A stretch of DNA of 64,000 nt from contig OY970303.1 of assembly GCA_963716255.1 (NCBI GenBank), positions 4,416,001-4,480,000 of the forward strand, given 5' to 3'. This DNA is from an uncultured Gemmatimonadales bacterium. GTDB taxonomy: Bacteria > Gemmatimonadota > Gemmatimonadetes > Longimicrobiales > Longimicrobiaceae. The position numbers and the translations under genes are program-made. Positions 49,683 to 59,448 of this stretch are shown in pieces. How positions within the stretch are numbered: position 1 is the stretch's first letter; each line of letters starts with the position of its first letter. A model generated the notes under the pieces. It saw only the letters and a program-made list of their open reading frames with translations. It was not told the origin of the DNA and did no database searches.

Positions 49683-51395
49683 TTGTCAGAAGAAGAAGCC
49701 GTCGGCGTTGCGGCGGAGAACGACGCCCCCACCTTCGCCGGGCTCGGGCTGAGCGCGGAGGTGCTCGCCGCGCTGGAGGCCCTCGGGTACGAGGAGCCCA
49801 CGCCCATCCAGACGGAGGCGATCCCGGTCCTCATGGAGGGGCGCGACGTGATCGGCCGCGCGGCGACGGGAACGGGAAAGACCGCGGCCTTTGCGCTCCC
49901 CCTGGTGGAGAAGGTGGAGCCGGACGTGCGCGGGGTCCAGGGGCTGGTGCTGGCGCCCACGCGCGAGCTGGCGGTGCAGGTGGCGGAGGCGGTGCACAAG
50001 TACGGGGCCCGGCGCGGGATCAGCGTGCTCGCGGTGTACGGCGGGCAGGCCATCGACCGCCAGTTCCGGGAGCTGCGGCGCGGGGTGAGCGTGGTGGTGG
50101 GGACGCCGGGCCGCATCCTGGACCACATCCGCCGCGGCACGCTGCAGCTGGGCTCGGTACGCTACCTGGTGCTGGACGAGGCGGACGAGATGCTGGACAT
50201 GGGCTTCATCGAGGACATCGACGCGATCCTCGAGGAGACCCCGGCGGAGCGGCAGACGGCGCTCTTCTCGGCCACTTTCCCGCCGCGGATCGCGGAGCTG
50301 TCGCAGCGCCACATGCGCGACCCGGCCCGGATCACCGTGCGGGCGCCGCAGCTGGAGACGCCGCTGGTGCGCCAGGTGGCGTACACGGTGGCGCGCCCGT
50401 ACAAGCTGGAGGCGCTGGGGCGCATCCTGGACGTGGAGGCGCCCACCTCGGCCATCATCTTCTGCCGGACGCGCAACGAGGTGGACGAGCTGACGGAGGC
50501 GCTCACCGTGCGCGGCTACCACCCGGAGGCGCTGCACGGCGGGCTCAACCAGGCGCAGCGCGACCGGGTGATGAAGCGCTTCCGCGACGGCTCGGCGGAC
50601 CTGCTGATCGCGACCGACGTGGCGGCGCGCGGGCTGGACGTGGAGCACGTGAGCCACGTGGTGAACTTCGACATCCCGCAGACGCCCGAGGTGTACGTGC
50701 ACCGCATCGGGCGGACGGGGCGGGCGGGGCGCGAGGGGACGGCGGTGACGCTGGTGCAGCCCCGCGAGCTGGGGCTGCTGCGCGCCATCGAGCGCCTGGT
50801 GCGGCAGCCGATCGAGCAGGCGCGCGTCCCCACCATCGCGGACCTGCGCACGCGCCGGCTGGAGCTGCTGCGCAGCGCGATCCTGGAAACGCTGGAGGAG
50901 GACGAGTTCGACCGCTACCTGGAGGTGGTGCAGTCGCTGACGGAGCAGCACGACCCGCTGCACGTGGCGGCGGCGGCGGCGAAGATGGCGGCGGACGCCA
51001 CCCGCGGCGAGGAGCCGGAGGAGGGGGAGGACATCCCGCAGTTCGAGCCGCGCCGCGGGCAGGGCGGCTGGGACGGCGCGGACCGCGACAGCCGCGGCCC
51101 GCGCGGACGCCAGGACCGCACGGAGGTGCCGCGCCGCGGACGGCGCAGCGGGGGCGAGATGACGCGCCTGTTCCTGAGCGTGGGGCGCCGCCGCGGGATC
51201 AAGCCGGGCGACATCGTGGGGGCGATCACGGGCGAGGCGAAGATCCCGGGCGACGCGATCGGCGCCATCGAGATCGCCGACCAGTTCTCGCTGGTGGAGG
51301 TGGCGGAGCAGTTCGCGGAGCAGGTGATCCGCGCCATGGGCCGCGCCACCATCAAGGGCAAGCCGGTCGGCATCCGCCGGGCGCGCGACGACTGA
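49683..51395 (+). CDS. deaD: DEAD-box RNA helicase (DeaD/CsdA type)
   Basis: PTPIQ, ATGTGKT, PTRELA, DEAD, SAT, HRIGRTGR, DbpA-type C-terminal domain; TTG start after GAGGAG. Confidence 0.95.
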   Translation: MSEEEAVGVAAENDAPTFAGLGLSAEVLAALEALGYEEPTPIQTEAIPVLMEGRDVIGRAATGTGKTAAFALPLVEKVEPDVRGVQGLVLAPTRELAVQVAEAVHKYGARRGISVLAVYGGQAIDRQFRELRRGVSVVVGTPGRILDHIRRGTLQLGSVRYLVLDEADEMLDMGFIEDIDAILEETPAERQTALFSATFPPRIAELSQRHMRDPARITVRAPQLETPLVRQVAYTVARPYKLEALGRILDVEAPTSAIIFCRTRNEVDELTEALTVRGYHPEALHGGLNQAQRDRVMKRFRDGSADLLIATDVAARGLDVEHVSHVVNFDIPQTPEVYVHRIGRTGRAGREGTAVTLVQPRELGLLRAIERLVRQPIEQARVPTIADLRTRRLELLRSAILETLEEDEFDRYLEVVQSLTEQHDPLHVAAAAAKMAADATRGEEPEEGEDIPQFEPRRGQGGWDGADRDSRGPRGRQDRTEVPRRGRRSGGEMTRLFLSVGRRRGIKPGDIVGAITGEAKIPGDAIGAIEIADQFSLVEVAEQFAEQVIRAMGRATIKGKPVGIRRARDD

Positions 51396-51459
51396 AGCCC
51401 TTTTGCGGTTCTCGTGACGGCACGGCGGGGCCGCGGATCCAGTCCGCGGCCCCGCCGTC

Positions 51460-51588
51460 GCGTGAGGGATTACGGCCCGAAGGGGCGAGACCGCGCGGCT
51501 GTTTGCGCGGGCTCGACTCCGTTAGCGAGCGTAGTTTGATCGCTTACGGAGCCGAAGCCCGACCCCGGCGCCAGCCGGGGGCACGCCC
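51460..51588 (+). repeat. Structured repeat family 1, copy 5
   Basis: 129 bp; directly after a GC hairpin at 51422-51458. Confidence 0.95.
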
Positions 51589-51613
51589 AAACCCGCCGTT
51601 CAGTCGGTAAAAG

Positions 51614-51991
51614 TCAGGGACGCTGGACGAGCACCCACACGCTCTCGGTGTTCCTGCTGTAGAACATGGAGATGAGCACGTCCTTGCGCCGTCCGTCGCG
51701 GAACTTGAACTCGTATTCGAAGGTGGTGCTCAGGTCTCGGGCCGCGACGCCGTCCAGGAACTTGCCGTGGAACTCCCGGACCCTGGTGCAGGGGGCCACG
51801 TCATCGAAGAAGCTCCTGCCCACGGCGGCGGCCTTGTCCACGCGCGCGAGGTCGGACTCGGTCTGGTTGAACCTGAGGATCTTGCCGGCCGTGTCCAGCT
51901 GGATCATCCCCACGGGGAGCTCGTCGAGCTCGTCCTCGGCGAGCTGGTCGGCGCGCTCCAGGACGTCGGGCATGGCGGTCTGCTGCAGCAT
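51614..51991 (-). CDS. pyp: Photoactive yellow protein-like PAS protein
   Basis: LDELPVGMIQLD..GKILRFN..E, GRSFFDDVAPCT (chromophore Cys), FEYEF, WVLV; 125 aa. Confidence 0.8.
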   Translation of the reverse strand: MLQQTAMPDVLERADQLAEDELDELPVGMIQLDTAGKILRFNQTESDLARVDKAAAVGRSFFDDVAPCTRVREFHGKFLDGVAARDLSTTFEYEFKFRDGRRKDVLISMFYSRNTESVWVLVQRP

Positions 51992-52186
51992 CGGTGGTTC
52001 TCTCCGGTGGAGATGGGATCGGCGGGTGGGCTCGTGGCCGGAGGAAACCCTGGGCAAACCCTGTGCGCGGCCCGGCCGATCCATGCCGTGCAACGGCTTA
52101 TGCGGGCGTGTCGGGATCCGTGTGGCCGCGCGCGGCGGTGATGCGCACTTCCGCCTTGCACTTTGCGCGGTGGCGCCCCCACCCGG

Positions 52187-53023
52187 TCATGGCGCGAAAA
52201 GCGGCTGCTCTCCGGCGGCGGGGACGACGCCCGCGGCGCGGCCCCGCTCGAAGAGCGCGAGGATGGCCCGCTCGCCCTCGTCGCCCAGGTCGCGCGAGAA
52301 GTCGTTGACGTACAGCTCCACGTGGCGCCGCATGACGCTCTCTTCCATCTCCTGGGCGTGGGCGCGCAGGTAGGGGAGCGAATCGTCCGGGTGGGCGAAG
52401 GCGTGGTCCACGGAGCGGCGGATCCCTTCCTCCACGGCGCGGACGGTCCCGGCGCCCAGGCCGCGGCGCGCGAGGATGCCGCCCAGGGGGATGGGGAGCC
52501 CGGTCTCGCGCTCCCACCACTCGCCCAGGTCCACAAGGCAGACCAGCCCGTGCTCGGGGTAGGTGAAGCGGGACTCGTGGATGATGAGCCCGGCGTCGAA
52601 GTCGCCGCGCTCCACGGCGGGCATGACGTCGCTGTAGACCACCTCGATGCCCTCGGCGAGGGCGGGGTCGAAGAGGCGCAGCAGCAGGTTGGCGGTGGTG
52701 AAGCGGCCGGGGATGGCGATGCGCTTTCCGCGCAGCTCCTGCATGGGCACCGGCTCGCGCGCGACCACCAGCGGGCCGCACCCGCGCCCCAGCGCGCCGC
52801 CGCTGCGCAGGAGGACGTAGTCGTCCAGCAGGTACGGGATGGCGCCGTAGGAGATCTTGGTGACGTCCAGCTCCGCCGCGCGGGCGAGGCGGTTGAGCGT
52901 TTCCACGTCCTCCAGCCGCTCGCGGAAGCGGATGCCCTCCACCGCGACGCGGTCGTGCACCAGCGCGTCGAAGATGAAGGTGTCGTTGGGGCAGGGGGAG
53001 TAGCCGAGGGTCAGGGACTTCAT
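52187..53023 (-). CDS. mqnD: 1,4-dihydroxy-6-naphthoate synthase
   Basis: LGYSPCPNDTFIF, DVETLN, GRGCGPL, IIHESRFTY, LPIPLG, LYVNDFS. Confidence 0.96.
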   Translation of the reverse strand: MKSLTLGYSPCPNDTFIFDALVHDRVAVEGIRFRERLEDVETLNRLARAAELDVTKISYGAIPYLLDDYVLLRSGGALGRGCGPLVVAREPVPMQELRGKRIAIPGRFTTANLLLRLFDPALAEGIEVVYSDVMPAVERGDFDAGLIIHESRFTYPEHGLVCLVDLGEWWERETGLPIPLGGILARRGLGAGTVRAVEEGIRRSVDHAFAHPDDSLPYLRAHAQEMEESVMRRHVELYVNDFSRDLGDEGERAILALFERGRAAGVVPAAGEQPLFAP

Positions 53024-53061
53024 GACGGCAGTGCGTGAGTGCGAGAGTGCGGGGCGGCCGG

Positions 53062-53793
53062 TCAGTCGATCCAGGATGCCACCAGGACGCGGACGGCGCG
53101 CTGGGCGGCTTCGGCGGCGTCGCGGATGCGCCAGGTGGACAGGTCGCGGTCCTCGACGGTGTTGCTGACGGCGCGGAGCTCCAGGAACGGCGCGCCGTAC
53201 AGGGCGCAGACGTGGGCGAGGGCGGCGCCCTCCATCCCCTCGGTCAGGGCGCCGAAGCGGCGGGCCAGCTGCTCGCCGCGCGCGGTGGTGCCCGAGCAGG
53301 TGGAGACGGTGAGCGCGGGGCCCACGCGCGCGGGGATGCCGGCGGCCTCCAGCGCGGCGCGGGCGCGCTCCACGCGCGCGGGGTCCAGCGGGAAGCGGTT
53401 GAAGCGGCGGACGCCGTCGCGCTCCAGGAGCGGGATGCCGATGCCCTCGGTGGACATCCAGCCGCCGGGCGCGTCCACGCCCTCGTCGGCGTAGACGGCC
53501 TCGGAGGCAAGGGCCACGCCGCCGACGCCCAGCCCGGAGGCCGGGTAGGCGCCCGCGATGCCGAAGCCGACCACGCCGCGCACGGGGCGCGTTTCCAGCA
53601 GGGCGGTGGCGCCGTGCGCGGCGTTGGTCTTTCCCATCCCCACGGGGAAGAGGAGGACCGGTACGCCGTCCAGCGTTCCCTCGGCCGCGGGCTTGCGTCC
53701 CACCTGCACCTCGCGCGCGCCGGCGAGCGCGGCGCGGAGCTGCGCCGCCTCCAGGGCGACGGAGCAGAGGAGTGCGAGGGGCGGTGCGTCCAC
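53062..53793 (-). CDS. mqnB: Futalosine hydrolase
   Basis: GMGKTNAA, GIAGAY, TVSTCSGT, EGMEGAA, LRAVSNTVEDRD..W; adjacent to mqnD. Confidence 0.92.
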   Translation of the reverse strand: MDAPPLALLCSVALEAAQLRAALAGAREVQVGRKPAAEGTLDGVPVLLFPVGMGKTNAAHGATALLETRPVRGVVGFGIAGAYPASGLGVGGVALASEAVYADEGVDAPGGWMSTEGIGIPLLERDGVRRFNRFPLDPARVERARAALEAAGIPARVGPALTVSTCSGTTARGEQLARRFGALTEGMEGAALAHVCALYGAPFLELRAVSNTVEDRDLSTWRIRDAAEAAQRAVRVLVASWID

Positions 53794-53953
53794 CTGGGCG
53801 GCCACGGGGTCGGGTGCGTTTTCCGGTTCGGGTGCGGGCGCTGCGAAACGGAGGGAATCTACACCCTCGCTCCGTGCGCGGGGAACCCGCGGCCCCCCTG
53901 CGGCGTCAAAGGACTCGCCGAGACCGTGAAGCCCCACCCGAACCACCCTGACC

Positions 53954-54625
53954 ATGCAGCCCGGCAAGCTCGTCCCCCTGCTCGTCCTGCTCTCCGCCTG
54001 CGCGGCGCCCCGGCCGGCTCCGCCGCCCGCGCCCTCCGCTCCGCCGCCGCCCCCGCCGTTCGCGTACGCGACGGTGTGGACGCGCGAGGCGGCGACCGCG
54101 CTGCGCCCGGACTCGGCGGGCGCGGCGGTGCCCGCGCTGCCGAACGCCTTCACGCGGCTGGAGGTGCTGCGCTCGGACTCGGCGTCGCTGTACGTGCGCT
54201 GCGTGGTGTGCACGCCGCGGGGGGAGGGGTGGGTGGAGAAGGCGCGGGTGGTGTTCGAGCCCCGCGCGCCCGCGCTGGCCGCCCACGGCGACCTGGCGGA
54301 GTTCCTCCTGGCCGTGCGTGCCGCCGCGGCCCGCCGCGACGTGGCCGCGCTGCGCCCGGTGATGTCGCCGCGCTTCACGCACTCGCTGGGCGGCGCGGAC
54401 GGGATCATCGAGGCGGTTGCGCGCTGGGAGCAGGAGGGCTTCCGACGGCTGGACCGCCTCCCCTGGCTGCTGGACCGCGGCGTGGCGACCCCGGACGGTT
54501 CCGTCTGGGCCGCGCCGCCCGCCTGGGTCGCGGACCGCGCCTACCGCGACCTGCGCGCGGGCTTCCGCCGCGAGGGGAACCGCTGGGAGTGGATCTTTTT
54601 GGTGCCGGGGCCGGGGGAGAGCTGA
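53954..54625 (+). CDS. Hypothetical lipoprotein
   Basis: LSAC lipobox, Pro-rich linker, SH3-like EGWV segment. Confidence 0.7.
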   Translation: MQPGKLVPLLVLLSACAAPRPAPPPAPSAPPPPPPFAYATVWTREAATALRPDSAGAAVPALPNAFTRLEVLRSDSASLYVRCVVCTPRGEGWVEKARVVFEPRAPALAAHGDLAEFLLAVRAAAARRDVAALRPVMSPRFTHSLGGADGIIEAVARWEQEGFRRLDRLPWLLDRGVATPDGSVWAAPPAWVADRAYRDLRAGFRREGNRWEWIFLVPGPGES

Positions 54626-54720
54626 GGGGATAGGGAACAGGGAACAGCCTGCAACTGAGGGACGGCGCCCTCGCCGCGAGATCGCGGTGGGGGCGCCGTT
54701 CGCCGTTGGTAGTTCCGCTT

Positions 54721-54870
54721 TACCCATGTCCATCTGTGCGGAGGGAGACTCGCGCGGCGGTTTGCGCGAGGCTCGCTCCGCGGGCGGGGAGACTGCCGGC
54801 AGTTTCGGCAGGCTCACCGACCCCGCGCAGGAGACCGGCAGCAGTACCGCCGGGCTCCGGAGCGGCCCCA
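54721..54870 (+). repeat. Structured intergenic repeat family 2, copy D
   Basis: GGAGAC-TCGCGC-GGCGGTTT-GCGCGA-GGCTC; GGAGAC-TGCCG-GCAGTTT-CGGCA-GGCTC; GGAGAC-CGGC-AGCAGTACC-GCCG-GGCTC; preceded by (GGGAACA)n and a hairpin. Confidence 0.88.
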
Positions 54871-55031
54871 CGCACCGGCCCACCCCCCGTACACTTCTTG
54901 CGTGCGCTGAACCCCCGGTGCGCGCCGCCCAAGGCCGCGGACGAAGATGCTTGACGCAACGTCCTGCGGTCGGGCAACTTGGCAACCACCTGTCCTCGCG
55001 GTACCCTCCACACCCCACAAGGAGGTGCAGA

Positions 55032-57140
55032 ATGGCGTCAGCCCCATCCTTCACAACGGACCGTCTCCGCAACGTCGTGGTCGTCGGGCACGGCGGGGCG
55101 GGAAAGACCACCCTGGTGGACGCCTGCTGCCACACGGCCGGGAGCTCGCGCCGGCACGGGTCGAGCGCCGATGGCACCGCGCTGACCATGTTCACCCCCG
55201 AGGAGATCGCGCACGGGGTGTCGATGAACGTGTCGGTGGCCCACGCGGTGTGGATGGACACCAAGATCAACTTCCTGGACACGCCGGGCTACCTGGACTT
55301 CCTGGGGGAAACGCGGGCGGGGGTGCGCGTTGCGGACGGGGCGATCTGCGTGGTGTCGGGGGCCAACGGGGTGGAGGTGGGGACGGAGCGGGTGTGGGAG
55401 CTGCTGGAGGAGCGCCACCTCCCCACCATCGTGTTCGTGTCGATGATGGACCGGCAGAACGTGGACTTCGAGCAGGTGTTCCAGGACGTCAAGGAGCACC
55501 TGAGCGCGAAGGTGATCCCGGTGGAGGTGCCCATCGGGAGCGGCGACGACTTCCGGGGGATCATCAACCTGTTCACGGAGCGGGCGCAGCTCATCAGAAA
55601 GGGCGCGGAGGCGGACCAGTTCGAGGAGGGGGAGATCCCGGAGGAGTACCGCGACGTGGAGCACCGCTACTACCAGGAGCTGATCGAGACCATCGCCTCC
55701 ACGGACGACGGCCTGCTGGAGCACTACCTGGAGGGCGACACCATCTCGCGCGAGGAGGCGCTGCACGCGCTGAAGCAGGCGATGCTGCGAGGTGACCTGG
55801 TGCCGCTGTTCGTGGGCGCGCCCAGCGAGGAGTGGGGGGTGCGGACGCTGCTCACCGAGATCGTGGAGCTGATGCCCTCGCCGCAGGAGCGCCCGGCGGA
55901 GCCGGCGACGGGGCGCACGGGGAACACGGTGGAGCTGCGCAGCCTGAACTCGGACCCGTTCTGCGCGCTGGTGTTCAAGACCACCAGCGAGCCCCACGTG
56001 GGGGAGCTGACCTTCTTCCGCATCTACGGCGGCTCGCTGAAGAGCGGCGACGAGGTGCTGAACGCCACGCGCGAGAAGGCGGAGAAGCTGGCGCACCTTT
56101 CGGTGCCGCAGGGCAAGGAGCGGATGGAGGTGGAGGAGCTGCGCGCCGGGGACATCGGGGTGGTGGCGAAGCTGCGCGACACGCACACCAACGACACGCT
56201 GGCGGCGCCGGCGCACCCGCTCGTGCTGGACGGGGTCCGCTTCCCGGACTCGGACATCGCCATCGCGGTGGAGGCGACGACGCGCGGCGAGGAGGACAAG
56301 CTGGCGGTGGGGCTGCACAAGCTGCACGAGGAGGACCCCTGCTTCGCCGCGGAGTACAACCCGGAGCTGCGCCAGACCATCGCCCGGGGGATCGGCGAGC
56401 TGCACCTGGAGGTGCAGATGGAGCGGCTGAAGCGCAAGTACGGGGTGGAGGTGGCGCTGAGGGCGCCGCGCATTCCCTACCGCGAGACCATCCGCTCGGT
56501 GGCGGAGGCGCACGGCCGCTACAAGAAGCAGACGGGGGGCCGCGGGCAGTTCGGCGACGCGCACGTGCGCCTGAAGCCGCTGGGCCGCGGCGAGGGGTAC
56601 CGCTTCACGGACGCCATCGTGGGCGGGGTGATCCCCGGCAAGTACATCCCCGCGGTGGACAAGGGGGTGCAGGAGGCGGCCCTGCGCGGGGTGCTGGCCG
56701 GCTTCCCGGTGGTGGACTTCGAGGCGGAGTGCTACTTCGGGAGCTTCCACTCGGTGGACTCGTCCGAGGCGGCGTTCAAGGTGGCGGGGTCCATGGCGTT
56801 CCAGGAGGCGGCGGAAAAGGCGCAGCCGGTGATCCTGGAGCCGGTGATGAAGGTGGACGTGTTCACGCCCGAGGAGTTCCTGGGCGACGTGATCGGCGAC
56901 CTGAACCAGCGCCGCGGCCACATCCTGGGGATCGATTCGGCCGGGCGGAACCAGAAGGTGAGCGCGCTGGTGCCGCAGGCGGAGCTGTACAAGTACTCCA
57001 CGGCGCTGCGCTCCCTGACGCAGGGGCGGGCGACGCACGCGCGCACCTTCCACGCGTACGAGGAGGTGCCGCAGCACGAGGTGCAGAAGCTGGTGGAGGC
57101 GGCCAGGAAGGAGCGCGAGGAGCTGGCCGCGGCGCGGTAA
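55032..57140 (+). CDS. fusA: Elongation factor G paralog (EF-G2)
   Basis: GHGGAGKT, DTPGYLDF, GELHLE, YRETI, KKQTGGRGQFG, GSFHSVDSSE; outside the str operon. Confidence 0.92.
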   Translation: MASAPSFTTDRLRNVVVVGHGGAGKTTLVDACCHTAGSSRRHGSSADGTALTMFTPEEIAHGVSMNVSVAHAVWMDTKINFLDTPGYLDFLGETRAGVRVADGAICVVSGANGVEVGTERVWELLEERHLPTIVFVSMMDRQNVDFEQVFQDVKEHLSAKVIPVEVPIGSGDDFRGIINLFTERAQLIRKGAEADQFEEGEIPEEYRDVEHRYYQELIETIASTDDGLLEHYLEGDTISREEALHALKQAMLRGDLVPLFVGAPSEEWGVRTLLTEIVELMPSPQERPAEPATGRTGNTVELRSLNSDPFCALVFKTTSEPHVGELTFFRIYGGSLKSGDEVLNATREKAEKLAHLSVPQGKERMEVEELRAGDIGVVAKLRDTHTNDTLAAPAHPLVLDGVRFPDSDIAIAVEATTRGEEDKLAVGLHKLHEEDPCFAAEYNPELRQTIARGIGELHLEVQMERLKRKYGVEVALRAPRIPYRETIRSVAEAHGRYKKQTGGRGQFGDAHVRLKPLGRGEGYRFTDAIVGGVIPGKYIPAVDKGVQEAALRGVLAGFPVVDFEAECYFGSFHSVDSSEAAFKVAGSMAFQEAAEKAQPVILEPVMKVDVFTPEEFLGDVIGDLNQRRGHILGIDSAGRNQKVSALVPQAELYKYSTALRSLTQGRATHARTFHAYEEVPQHEVQKLVEAARKEREELAAAR

Positions 57141-57219
57141 CGGCCGGCGGCAGGGGTGAAGAACACGAACGGGGCGGCCCCACGGCGGGGCCGCCCCGGC
57201 TCGCTTGCCGGCAGGACGG

Positions 57220-57306
57220 GCCCTCACCCGGCTCGCTTGAGGCTCGCCACCCTCTCTCTTCATCCGGTTCACGCGAAGCGTGAAGCGCCATTCTGGGAGA
57301 GGGGGC
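57220..57306. repeat. REP-like family 3 copy
   Basis: CCCTCACCCGGCTCGCTTGAGGCTCGCCACCCTCTCTC...GGGAGAGGGG. Confidence 0.75.
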
Positions 57307-57339
57307 CAACTGCTGGATTTTGAGAACGGGCGAGATGTT

Positions 57340-57470
57340 GCGTGAGGGATTTCGGCCCGAAGGGGCGAGACCCCGCGGGCAGTTTCGCGGGGTCTCGACT
57401 CCGTTAAGCACGGTTGTATCGTGCTTTACGGAGCCGAAGCCCGACCCCGGCGCCAGCCGGGGGCACGCCC
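57340..57470 (+). repeat. Structured repeat family 1, copy 6 (131 bp)
   Basis: Most divergent full copy; stems preserved by compensatory changes. Confidence 0.95.
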
Positions 57471-57493
57471 GAATCCAGCCGTTCAAAAAGCCG

Positions 57494-57871
57494 TCACTCC
57501 ACCACTACGGTCGCTCTCATCCCTGGGTGCGGCTCGCAGTGGTACGGGAACCGCCCCACCTGGTCGAACGTCCGCGTGAAGCTGGTGTTGGGCGAGATCA
57601 GCCCGGAGTCCCACGCGTCCGTGTCGGAGGTGCTGCTGTGGCTCTGGGAATCGCAGTTCACCCAGGTCACCTGCGACCCCCGGGCGACGCGGATCTCCGT
57701 GACCCCGAACGCGAAGTTCTGGATGCGCACGGTGCTGGCCGTGGGGTTGGTGCACAGGTCCCCCGCCGGGGTCTCGGTGACGGTGCTGCGCTCCGAGAAG
57801 CACCCGGCCAGCGTGGTGCCCAGCACCAGGGCGGCGGGAACGAAGCGTCGGATGGGCATGGGGCTCCTCAT
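57494..57871 (-). CDS. Cupredoxin (amicyanin/plastocyanin-like) lipoprotein
   Basis: LAGC lipobox; VTWVN, upstream His, YHCEPHPGM. Confidence 0.88.
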   Translation of the reverse strand: MRSPMPIRRFVPAALVLGTTLAGCFSERSTVTETPAGDLCTNPTASTVRIQNFAFGVTEIRVARGSQVTWVNCDSQSHSSTSDTDAWDSGLISPNTSFTRTFDQVGRFPYHCEPHPGMRATVVVE

Positions 57872-58977
57872 GGCGCGCGGACCACGACCGTCCCCTTCAT
57901 GAAGGGGTGCGGCGTGCAGGCGAAGGGATAGGTGCCGGGGGTGTCGAAGCGCCTGCGCCACACGGCGCCGGGCTCGACCGGGCCGGAATCGAAGCTGCGG
58001 TCGGCGGCGGTGATGGTGTGGGCCATGGCGTCCTCGTTCTTCCACTCCACGGTGGTCCCCGCCACCACCTCGATCTGCCCGGGGGTGAAGGCGAAGCCGC
58101 GCATCCCCGCCCGGAAGGTGGCGGCGGCCTCGGCGGCGGGGGCGGACGGCGTCGCGGCGGCCGGCGCGGCGCCCGGCGCGGCGGGCACGCCCCCGGACGC
58201 GGGCGCTCCCCCGCCGCCCATCCAGCGGCGCAGCGTCAGCGGCACGGTGAACTCGAAGCCGTAGCGGACCTCGTCGGTCCCGCGCGAGATCCCCTGCAGC
58301 GTGGTGGTGGACGTGTTGCTGGCCTGCAGCGACAGGGTGTGCGGGGTGTGGGGGATGGCCAGGTGCAGCCCGGCGCTCCACGCCACCTCCTCGCCCTCCT
58401 CGCGGTCAAGGAGCGTGGCCACGTCCCCCGCGACCGCCCACCAGCGCCCCAGGCGCAGCGTGGCACCCCCCGCGGCGGCGAAGCGCGGGTTTCCCTCCTC
58501 GAAGGGGTCGGACATCACGCGTCCCGCGGCGAGCATCCTCAGCGGCCCCGTGCGCCGGGCGAGGGTGAGCTCGCCGTCCACCCCGTCGGAGGACAGGTTG
58601 TAGCCCACCTGCCCGGCCACGTCCACCGGGAACCCGGCGTCCTGCGAGAAGGGCTGGTGCCGCGCGAAGAACTCCCACTCGTTGGGGTAGCGCGGGGCGA
58701 GCTGGGAGTTGGTGGCGTAGTGGAAGCCCACCAGCGTGCGCGCGGGGAGCCCGGCCGCCACGGTGAAGGTGGGGGTGTTGGACACCTTCCGCTCGGGCGC
58801 GTCGCTGGCCGTGAAGCGGTGCATGAAGTGGAAGTACATGCTGCCGCTGTTCCCCACCCAGCTCCCGGACATGTTGGGGGGGCGGTCCAGGAGAGACTGG
58901 CCCCTCGCGGCGGCCGGGGCCGCCGCGAGGGTCAGGGCGCAGAGTCCCGCTGTGGTGACCCTCCGCCGTGTGCTCAT
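57868..58977 (-). CDS. Outer-membrane beta-barrel-like domain fused to a C-terminal cupredoxin
   Basis: FHFMHRF, HTLSLQASN, YGFEF (DUF5777-like); then WKNEDAMAHT, FACTPHPFM. Confidence 0.8.
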   Translation of the reverse strand: MSTRRRVTTAGLCALTLAAAPAAARGQSLLDRPPNMSGSWVGNSGSMYFHFMHRFTASDAPERKVSNTPTFTVAAGLPARTLVGFHYATNSQLAPRYPNEWEFFARHQPFSQDAGFPVDVAGQVGYNLSSDGVDGELTLARRTGPLRMLAAGRVMSDPFEEGNPRFAAAGGATLRLGRWWAVAGDVATLLDREEGEEVAWSAGLHLAIPHTPHTLSLQASNTSTTTLQGISRGTDEVRYGFEFTVPLTLRRWMGGGGAPASGGVPAAPGAAPAAATPSAPAAEAAATFRAGMRGFAFTPGQIEVVAGTTVEWKNEDAMAHTITAADRSFDSGPVEPGAVWRRRFDTPGTYPFACTPHPFMKGTVVVRAP

Positions 58978-59396
58978 TGAACGACCACCGTGCCCCGCAT
59001 CCCCATGGACATGTGGGGCATGCAGTAGAACGCGTAGCTCCCCGGCGCGACGCCGGCGAACGAGACGGTGTAGCTGTCGCCCGCCCTGGTGAGGATGGTC
59101 CCGGCGAGGGGGGAGATCTGCTCCGGCATGCCGGCGGCGAGCGCCCGCTCGGCGGCGTCCGGGATCTTTTCGGCGTCGAAGGACACGTTGTGGGGCCCGC
59201 CCGAGGTCATCACGAACCGGACCTGGTCGCCGCGCTTGATGGTGACGGTGGCGGGGGAGAAGCGGTACGCGCTCCCCTCCTGGACCATGCGGACCTGGTG
59301 CACGACGGGAGCCCGCTCGGGCGCCAGCATGTCCGCGAAGGACACGGGGAAGGCGAGGAGGACCCCGCCGAGGATGGTGCGGCCGATCATCTGCAT
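58974..59396 (-). CDS. Plastocyanin/azurin family blue copper protein
   Basis: FSPATVTI, GGPHNVSF, FYCMPHMSMGM. Confidence 0.92.
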   Translation of the reverse strand: MQMIGRTILGGVLLAFPVSFADMLAPERAPVVHQVRMVQEGSAYRFSPATVTIKRGDQVRFVMTSGGPHNVSFDAEKIPDAAERALAAGMPEQISPLAGTILTRAGDSYTVSFAGVAPGSYAFYCMPHMSMGMRGTVVVQ

Positions 59397-59448
59397 GCGT
59401 GTATCTCTCCGTCGTGGTGTGGGTGTGGGGTCCGGGCGGCGGAGCGGG

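Noticed and set aside
52054..52071. sigma54-like promoter upstream of the PYP-like gene (GCGCAC-N5-TTGC)
   Set aside because: Lacks the invariant GG at -24
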